A DNA stretch of 39,184 nucleotides from a virus (taxonomy: Duplodnaviria > Caudoviricetes). Under the pieces are notes generated by a model, which was not told the DNA's origin, did not search any database, and saw only the letters and a list, made by a program, of their open reading frames with translations. The DNA is taken from positions 1 through 39,184 of the IMG/VR virus record IMGVR_UViG_3300005805_000196. The stretch is one strand, 5' to 3'. Position 1 is the stretch's first letter. Every line of letters begins with the position of its first letter. This document shows positions 1 to 4,689 of this stretch, piece after piece. The position numbers and the translations under genes are program-made.

Positions 1-149
1 ATGCCATTATAATGGCATGTTGGCAGCATGCCATTTATCTCTTACTCAAGCCCCCACTCAGCTTGGGTCGTATTGTTTACTACAAGTCATGCAGTACAAA
101 CAATAAGATCTGCATGATACACTTCACGTTGCACGCCGGTGAAGTATAA

Positions 150-225
150 TGGCGCTCCTGGCAGGACTTGAACCCACAACCTGCCGGGTAGAAACCGGAC
201 GCTCTATCCATTGAGCTACAGGAGC
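150..225 (-). tRNA. tRNA-Arg(TCT)
   Basis: Cloverleaf GCTCCTG...CAGGAGC-GCCA, anticodon loop TT-TCT-AC, T-loop TTCAAGT, encoded CCA. Confidence 0.95.
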
Positions 226-271
226 ATATTTACTGCTCAGTAAATAACTGTTATTTACTAAACATGACTTG

Positions 272-361
272 TGAATGGACGCAAATCTCATTTACTTTGC
301 CGCCTCAATGATCGCCCCTCGGCAAAAGGACCGCCACCTGCGCAGCGTTTGCATCCATTCA
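272..361 (-). ncRNA. Putative structured small RNA, unknown family
   Basis: 14-bp closing stem TGAATGGATGCAAA/TTTGCGTCCATTCA (G-U on minus strand) encloses hairpins CGCTGC/GTGGCG and TTTGCCG/CGGCAAA. Confidence 0.6.
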
Positions 362-430
362 AAAGTCATATTCAATTTGTCAAACAACATTGTCTTTATA
401 GCTGCTGTCGTAAATTAAGACAACAGGAAT

Positions 431-504
431 TGGCACCAGCGCAAGGATTCGAACCCTGACAAGCAGTTTTGGAGGCTGCCGTGCTACCGTTACACTACGC
501 TGAT
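431..504 (-). tRNA. tRNA-Trp(CCA)
   Basis: Cloverleaf, loop CT-CCA-AA, GGTTCGAATCC, CCA end. Confidence 0.95.
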
Positions 505-511
505 ATTGATA

Positions 512-603
512 TGGCGGAGGGTAGAGGATTCGAACCTCTGGGACAACTTTCGATGCCCGACTCGTTAGCAATGAGCTGCTTTCGACCACTCAGCCAACCC
601 TCC
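512..603 (-). tRNA. tRNA-Ser(GCT)
   Basis: Long variable arm, loop TT-GCT-AA, G73, CCA end. Confidence 0.95.
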
Positions 604-609
604 ATAAAT

Positions 610-683
610 TGGCTGCCCCTCTAGGACTCGAACCCAGATAGCCGGAACCAAAATCCAGCGTCCTACCATTAGACGAAAGGGCA
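610..683 (-). tRNA. tRNA-Gln(TTG)
   Basis: U1-A72, loop TT-TTG-GT, CCA end. Confidence 0.95.
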
Positions 684-689
684 ATAAAC

Positions 690-763
690 TGGATGCTTCT
701 CGTGGATTCGAACCACGGCCTACTGTTTCAGAGACAGTTGTCCTACCGCTAGACGAAGAAGCA
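690..763 (-). tRNA. tRNA-Gln(CTG)
   Basis: U1-A72, loop CT-CTG-AA, CCA end. Confidence 0.93.
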
Positions 764-770
764 ATAAACT

Positions 771-846
771 TGGGGAGACTAGAGAGAATTGAACTCTCGC
801 CTGCGGACTCACAAACCGCCGTCCTCGCCACTAGACGATAGCCTCC
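771..846 (-). tRNA. tRNA-His(GTG) with encoded G-1/C73
   Basis: G-GAGGCTA/TAGTCTC-C-CCA, loop TT-GTG-AG. Confidence 0.93.
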
Positions 847-852
847 ATCAAC

Positions 853-928
853 TGGTACTCCTGACGGGATTTGAACCCGTGTCTTTGCCTTGAGAGGGCA
901 ATGTCCTAGGCCTCTAGACGACAGGAGC
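853..928 (-). tRNA. tRNA-Glu(CTC)
   Basis: Glu-type D arm TCGTCTAGAGGCCTAGGAC, loop CT-CTC-AA, CCA end. Confidence 0.95.
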
Positions 929-945
929 ATGAATAGAATCAGCGA

Positions 946-1018
946 ACCTTCGTGTTGGATTTCAACCAACGTTTCCAGGCCTCCGGCCCGGTGTCCTAGT
1001 CCTATAGACGAACGAAGC
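946..1018 (-). ncRNA. Pseudo-tRNA or tRNA mimic with a Glu-like body
   Basis: All four stems present, but anticodon loop CC-GGA-GG (no U33), T-loop TTGAAAT, G1:G72 mismatch and no CCA. Confidence 0.7.
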
Positions 1019-1022
1019 AGGC

Positions 1023-1116
1023 ACAAGCGAAGAGATTGCAGTCTCCTCGGTCATATACCTGGCTGACTGACTACACTCGTGAACTGCAATTTATGAGCCG
1101 TCAAAATCTCGCTTGT
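1023..1116 (-). ncRNA. Putative rod-shaped structured RNA
   Basis: Nested stems ACAAGCGA/TCGCTTGT and ATTGCAGT/ACTGCAAT with internal loops; strand assumed from the array. Confidence 0.5.
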
Positions 1117-1193
1117 TTTTATAGAGGTATCAGCCCCCTCTACCGGTACACACCAGAACAGATCTAGAAACCGCTCTTTAGTAATCCGGCGAT

Positions 1194-1268
1194 TGGTGGA
1201 CCCTAGGAGAGTCGAACTCCTGACTTCGGTATGCAAAACCGACGTGTTCCCACTAGCACTAAGGGCCC
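1194..1268 (-). tRNA. tRNA-Ala(TGC)
   Basis: G3:U70 identity pair, loop TT-TGC-AT, CCA end. Confidence 0.95.
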
Positions 1269-1273
1269 TAAAT

Positions 1274-1376
1274 TGAATCGCGGTTGGAATCGAACCAACA
1301 ACCCACTACTTTACCACGGCCAGTGGCGTTTCATGGTCTGGCAATGCCTTTATTTTGAGAGCCAAATTCAGATTCA
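1274..1376 (-). ncRNA. tRNA-like RNA with canonical T-arm and expanded other arms
   Basis: Closing stem TGAATC/GATTCA; T-arm GTTGG-TTCGATT-CCAAC; stems TTTGGC/GCCAGA and CCATG/CGTGG; no CCA. Confidence 0.55.
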
Positions 1377-1418
1377 TGCTGGCCGCATGAGCCCTACTAT
1401 TCCCTCTCCAGCGAAGTT

Positions 1419-1494
1419 TGGAGGACCCTCTCGGATTTGAACCGAGAACCCTCTGAGTAAGAGTCAGATGCTCTGCCAATTGAGCTAAGGGTCC
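1419..1494 (-). tRNA. tRNA-Lys(CTT)
   Basis: Cloverleaf, loop CT-CTT-AC, CCA end. Confidence 0.95.
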
Positions 1495-1502
1495 ATTGTA
1501 AC

Positions 1503-1578
1503 TGGTGGGCGCCTCGGGAATCGAACCCGTTCAATGTCGCGGTGTAAACGCGATGCCTTCCCATCTGGCGCTGCGCCC
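1503..1578 (-). tRNA. tRNA-Val(TAC), non-canonical core
   Basis: Loop TT-TAC-AC, GGTTCGATTCC, CCA end; G at position 8 and mismatches at the acceptor/T-stem junction. Confidence 0.85.
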
Positions 1579-1596
1579 ATTATCTTCATGACTAAT

Positions 1597-1672
1597 TGGT
1601 AGAGCATACCGGATTCGAACCGGTGTTCGCGGCGTGAAAGACCGACGTCCTAGACCTCTAGACGAATGCTCC
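1597..1672 (-). tRNA. tRNA-Glu(TTC)
   Basis: Glu-type D arm, loop CT-TTC-AC, CCA end. Confidence 0.95.
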
Positions 1673-1678
1673 ATAATT

Positions 1679-1768
1679 TGGCGGAGTGATGGCGGAATCG
1701 AACCCCTGGCCCGTAGGCTCCTACCGCTTTCAAGGCGGTGCCAGCATCCCCGGCTGGACATGCACTCC
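1679..1768 (-). tRNA. tRNA-Ser(TGA), atypical 8/4-type fold
   Basis: Loop CT-TGA-AA, variable arm GCC-TACG-GGC, G73-CCA; bulged 8-bp acceptor, 4-bp T-stem, 5-bp D-stem. Confidence 0.85.
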
Positions 1769-1772
1769 AAAT

Positions 1773-1847
1773 TGGTTGCAGAGACAGGACTTGCACCTGT
1801 GGCCTTCTGGGTATGAGCCAGACGAGCTGCTTCTGCTCCACTCTGCG
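1773..1847 (-). tRNA. Initiator-like tRNA-fMet(CAT)
   Basis: C1:A72 mismatch, loop CT-CAT-AC, CCA end; T-loop TGCAAGT; anticodon stem TCTGG. Confidence 0.88.
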
Positions 1848-1851
1848 TTAT

Positions 1852-1992
1852 TCTGATGTTTTCTGGTGTGCATGGGTCAACAAATATTGTCTCTCTCCTC
1901 TACTAAGGAAATTGGTAACAATTGTTTCGCCGTAGTAGCGACCGCACGCCCGCGTCAGCGGTAGCGCCTCATGCACACTAGAAAACATCAGA
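1852..1992 (-). ncRNA. Putative multibranch structured RNA
   Basis: 23-bp inverted repeat (1852-1874 / 1970-1992, 1 mismatch) enclosing several GC-rich hairpins; strand assumed. Confidence 0.6.
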
Positions 1993-1998
1993 TGTTAC

Positions 1999-2113
1999 TC
2001 TGATGTTTTTTACCACCGAATTTTACTCGCTGCGTTATCGCCGCAGCTTTCATCCTCGGTTCCGCCCGTTTGGCCTAATCACGTGCAGGCCGCGCCCTCG
2101 TTGCGCTATCAGA
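1999..2113 (-). ncRNA. Putative structured RNA directly downstream of a sigma70-type promoter
   Basis: TCTGAT/ATCAGA closing stem; GGCCT/AGGCC, ACCGA/TCGGT and GCTGCG-GCGATAA-CGCAGC stems. Confidence 0.6.
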
Positions 2114-2119
2114 TCAAGG

Positions 2120-2148
2120 ATACTATCCTAGATCCATCACGTTTGCAA
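2120..2148 (-). promoter_or_regulatory. sigma70-like promoter TTGCAA-N17-TAGTAT overlapped by a palindrome (2112-2134)
   Basis: Hexamers and 17-nt spacer read directly; predicted +1 near 2113 coincides with the RNA stem start. Confidence 0.55.
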
Positions 2149-2176
2149 CAAAAAAGCCCTCCTTTTGGGAGGGCTC
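2148..2176 (-). terminator. Intrinsic terminator (attenuator terminator)
   Basis: AGCCCTCC-CAAAA-GGAGGGCT followed by TTTTTGTT. Confidence 0.9.
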
Positions 2177-2215
2177 GATGAAGCAGGCTGTTGCCCTTCT
2201 GCTACATCGAACCCC
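2170..2215 (-). promoter_or_regulatory. Antiterminator hairpin overlapping the terminator 5' arm
   Basis: GGGGTTCGATG (2215-2205) pairs 11/11 (two G-U) with CATCGAGCCCT (2180-2170), plus AGCAG/CTGCT. Confidence 0.8.
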
Positions 2216-2291
2216 ATGGCGGAATGGCTGAGCCATTCGACCAGGAATTTTTGAATCGTGTTTCTTGTGTGTGCTTTTGTGTCCTCATCAT
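2202..2291 (-). CDS. Putative attenuator leader peptide MMRTQKHTQETRFKNSWSNGSAIPPWGSM (29 aa, leaderless)
   Basis: ATG 6 nt after TATAAATA; TAG stop lies in the antiterminator 5' strand; too short for the ORF track. Confidence 0.7.
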   Translation of the reverse strand: MMRTQKHTQETRFKNSWSNGSAIPPWGSM

Positions 2292-2297
2292 GTTTGC

Positions 2298-2329
2298 TAT
2301 TTATACCCTGAATTCTGAATTTTAGTCAA
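2298..2329 (-). promoter_or_regulatory. Composite promoter: T4-type late box TATAAATA plus TTGACT -35 (18-nt spacer)
   Basis: TTGACT-AAAATTCAGAATTCAGGG-TATAAATA. Confidence 0.75.
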
Positions 2330-2462
2330 CAGGGTAAAATTTATTTTCTACTTCGTGTTCACGTTCAAAGAAAGACTTGAGTTCCATCTCATCAAGCCAC
2401 TCCTCGTATCCCTTCCAGAGGGTCGGATCGTTCTTGATCATTTCAAACTCGTTGTCTTCCAT
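2322..2462 (-). CDS. Small acidic hypothetical protein (46 aa, MEDNEF...)
   Basis: GAGGA RBS and upstream promoter; start trimmed from the track ORF 2322..2639. Confidence 0.65.
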   Translation of the reverse strand: MEDNEFEMIKNDPTLWKGYEEWLDEMELKSFFEREHEVENKFYPVD

Positions 2463-2487
2463 TTGTTCCTCACTTGTTACTTTTTGT

Positions 2488-2516
2488 AGTATCTGTGAAC
2501 TCGAATTTAATGTCAA
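2488..2516 (-). promoter_or_regulatory. Early-type promoter TTGACA-N17-GATACT
   Basis: Motif read directly; one of four similar promoters. Confidence 0.6.
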
Positions 2517-2532
2517 CGCTGTTTTGACTCTC

Positions 2533-2841
2533 TTAACTAACCTGCTGAAAGTACCGCTCAAGACCTTCAGAGGTGGCGGGGATACCGCTGAACTGAGAGA
2601 GCCTCTTCTTTTGAGGGCTGACATAGCCCTTTGACTCAAGGATCCGAAGCGGAGGAATACGCTTGTCCATCTCGCCGAGATACTCTTCGACAGTAAAGTT
2701 CTTCATTAAGAACTTCTTGAACGGGGCAACGCCCCTCTTACCGTACTTGAATCGAGCGATGAACTGTACCGGCTCTCCGGGAATGGAGTACACCAGGCAA
2801 TCGCCAGACATCCACAAGTTCTTGTTGGTGAAAGAGGTCAT
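2533..2841 (-). CDS. Hypothetical phage protein (102 aa)
   Basis: GAGGAG RBS, own promoter, plausible composition. Confidence 0.75.
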   Translation of the reverse strand: MTSFTNKNLWMSGDCLVYSIPGEPVQFIARFKYGKRGVAPFKKFLMKNFTVEEYLGEMDKRIPPLRILESKGYVSPQKKRLSQFSGIPATSEGLERYFQQVS

Positions 2842-2873
2842 TTCTATCTCCTCAGTTCTTCAGCTTATGCCTT

Positions 2874-2902
2874 ATAGTCTGCTTTCTTCGATTTAATGTC
2901 AA
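2874..2902 (-). promoter_or_regulatory. Early-type promoter TTGACA-N17-GACTAT
   Basis: -35 overlaps the TGA stop of the upstream gene. Confidence 0.6.
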
Positions 2903-3156
2903 CTCTGTTCTTGCTTGCTTAGTCCCAGCTTATTGTTTTGTTCTTTTTCAAACACGATCCTAGTCGTCAGTTGAATCAACTGATCAAGCAGCTGTTGCTT
3001 CATATCTTCTACGTCTTTTATACTAAGAGAGCCACGATCCAGCAAGTGGTTGATCATGGATTGAAAATAGCCTGCTGCATAATCGTTGCCAGTATACACA
3101 GCTCGACTAGCAATCATGAACGCTTCTGTGAGCTTTTGATTCGAACTCAAATTCAT
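2899..3156 (-). CDS. Hypothetical protein (85 aa)
   Basis: Tightly packed ORF on the coding strand. Confidence 0.6.
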   Translation of the reverse strand: MNLSSNQKLTEAFMIASRAVYTGNDYAAGYFQSMINHLLDRGSLSIKDVEDMKQQLLDQLIQLTTRIVFEKEQNNKLGLSKQEQS

Positions 3157-3159
3157 CTC

Positions 3160-3288
3160 CTATCGGTTGAGTTGATGAAAGCACGTTTCATACGAATGCT
3201 TTTTTTGGCAGATCGACATTCCATCATCAGCCGTGGCTACAAGGAATGCTACCGCAAAAGCAAGAGCCAGAAGAACAATCTTTATCAT
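3160..3288 (-). CDS. Small exported or membrane peptide (42 aa, MIKIVLLALAFAVAFLVATA..., two Cys)
   Basis: Hydrophobic N-terminus; ATG 6 nt after a -10 box (leaderless). Confidence 0.6.
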   Translation of the reverse strand: MIKIVLLALAFAVAFLVATADDGMSICQKKHSYETCFHQLNR

Positions 3289-3294
3289 ATAAAC

Positions 3295-3323
3295 ATCATC
3301 TCCTGACTGTAAAAATATGTCAA
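3295..3323 (-). promoter_or_regulatory. Early-type promoter TTGACA-N17-GATGAT
   Basis: -35 overlaps the TGA stop of the upstream gene. Confidence 0.55.
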
Positions 3324-3523
3324 CGCTGTTTATATTCCTGCATTCCCAAGGACATAACAGCCTTATCATTGGCTTCCCTGGTCCTACATCCATAGACGAA
3401 GCCTTTCAGGTAATTATACCTGCCATCAGAGACAAGGTCTTTGATAAATTTGGCATTAACTTTACTCCAACCAAAGTCGAAGTTGTACCCAAGGTCAAAA
3501 CCTTCATTGTAGTCATCCGACAT
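3320..3523 (-). CDS. Hypothetical protein (67 aa)
   Basis: GGAGG RBS, upstream promoter. Confidence 0.7.
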   Translation of the reverse strand: MSDDYNEGFDLGYNFDFGWSKVNAKFIKDLVSDGRYNYLKGFVYGCRTREANDKAVMSLGMQEYKQR

Positions 3524-3549
3524 CTACATACCTCCATAACAACAAAACG

Positions 3550-3578
3550 ATTATCACGACAGGGAGAAAAAAGGTCAA
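3550..3578 (-). promoter_or_regulatory. Early-type promoter TTGACC-N17-GATAAT
   Basis: Motif read directly. Confidence 0.6.
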
Positions 3579-3628
3579 CATACATATACTGGCACATATA
3601 CCCAACTTTACAAGGAAAAAAGTTAAAA

Positions 3629-4042
3629 ATGAAAATAATTTTAACTATTTTTTTGTTAATGTTTTCAACTTTTGCATATGGACAAAACATGTCTGTGACC
3701 CTATCTGGTGTGAGCATTCACACTAAAAAAGGATTCAATGCGCTGAACGCTGGGATTGGTTTAGAAAAGGTTGTTTATGGGGATTTTAGCATTGCAGGTG
3801 GTGTATTCAACAACAGTATAGATAACACTAGTGCCTATCTAGCTGTAAAGCACAAAGTTGTTGAAATTAGTGATATTTCTGTCAGCTTGATGGCAGGAGG
3901 AGTGACAGGGTATCAACCCAACGCCACTCCATTTCTTTTGCCTGAGATTTGCTATAAATATGTTTGTGTCGTCATTGTGCCCCCTGTCAATGACAGGGTC
4001 GTGGGGGCAGCTGCTTTCTATGTCAAAATACCAGTAAATTAA
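3629..4042 (+). CDS. Signal-peptide outer-membrane beta-barrel, PagP-like (137 aa)
   Basis: Sec signal MKIILTIFLLMFSTFAYG; SIH..FNALNAGIG, GVFNNS, GGVTGY motifs; amphipathic strands. Confidence 0.6.
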   Translation: MKIILTIFLLMFSTFAYGQNMSVTLSGVSIHTKKGFNALNAGIGLEKVVYGDFSIAGGVFNNSIDNTSAYLAVKHKVVEISDISVSLMAGGVTGYQPNATPFLLPEICYKYVCVVIVPPVNDRVVGAAAFYVKIPVN

Positions 4043-4275
4043 CTGTCTTTGTAAAGCTTAACGTTCGCTTTGTCTAACTGAATTGACTTTTTGTCACCAT
4101 AGTCAATTGTATACTTTTTAGGTGCGCCTTTGTAGAGACCATGTCGGATCTCCCCAACATAGCCCACTTCATTGTGATAATGTTTGCCGGGAGCATGGAT
4201 GCGAACTTTGCTATTAAGTTTGATAGCCTCGTCTAAAATTTCGAAATGCTGTTTAAAGGACTTAAATTTTTCCAT
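4039..4275 (-). CDS. Small basic protein with KOW/SH3-like C-terminus; possible internal head protein
   Basis: N-terminus FKSFKQHF..LDE resembles T4 capsid-targeting leaders; KVRIH..G.....EVGYVGEI. Confidence 0.65.
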   Translation of the reverse strand: MEKFKSFKQHFEILDEAIKLNSKVRIHAPGKHYHNEVGYVGEIRHGLYKGAPKKYTIDYGDKKSIQLDKANVKLYKDS

Positions 4276-4284
4276 AGGTAAATC

Positions 4285-4689
4285 CTAGCTAGTTGGTAGT
4301 TTGCGGCCGATGTTGTATTTAGCTACAAGCTCCCACTGATCCTTCTCCTTGAACGGCAAGATCTTGATCTGGTTCAACGGGGCAACAGGATCATCTGTTC
4401 TTGATGGTTCTGCAAGCTCTATTAGCTCCCACTCGTCTAAGAGATTAGCAATCGTGTTTCTACGTGCAATGTCGTCATCTGAGAAGTTTGTTGGCTTGCC
4501 ATCGAGGGCAAACAACTCCTTAAAATGCACAATGTAGTACTTACCCTGCTTGTGAAGAATATGACAAGACTGAAAAATCTTCTTGTCCTTCTTAGAAGCA
4601 ACACCAATCCGGGTCAACGTCTCACGGACTTTTAGGAAGTCATCATCGTCTTTAAGTCTCACTTCAATCAACGACTCTAATACACTCAT
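4285..4689 (-). CDS. regA: Translational repressor RegA
   Basis: DDFLKVRETLTRIGVAS, QSCHILHKQGKYYIVHFKELF. Confidence 0.97.
   Translation of the reverse strand: MSVLESLIEVRLKDDDDFLKVRETLTRIGVASKKDKKIFQSCHILHKQGKYYIVHFKELFALDGKPTNFSDDDIARRNTIANLLDEWELIELAEPSRTDDPVAPLNQIKILPFKEKDQWELVAKYNIGRKLPTS

Noticed and set aside
71-117. PreQ1 riboswitch or pistol ribozyme
   Set aside because: Pseudoknot topology only; I could not find the conserved core nucleotides by eye.
1023-1116. SRP (4.5S) RNA
   Set aside because: It lacks the CAGG...GGAA...AGCA domain IV motif.
1274-1376. tmRNA
   Set aside because: About 100 nt only, with no tag ORF, no G3:U70 acceptor and no CCA.
1679-1768. tRNA-Sec or opal suppressor
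   Set aside because: The anticodon is TGA (reads UCA, Ser), not TCA, and no sel genes are present.
271-1935. Track ORFs over the tRNA array (e.g. 565..1026, 380..589, 1531..1770)
   Set aside because: They are chance frames through tRNA and ncRNA genes, with no RBS or protein motifs.
3317-3628. N-terminal extension of the plus-strand ORF 3317..4042
   Set aside because: It overlaps a minus-strand gene with RBS and promoter; the signal peptide begins at 3629.
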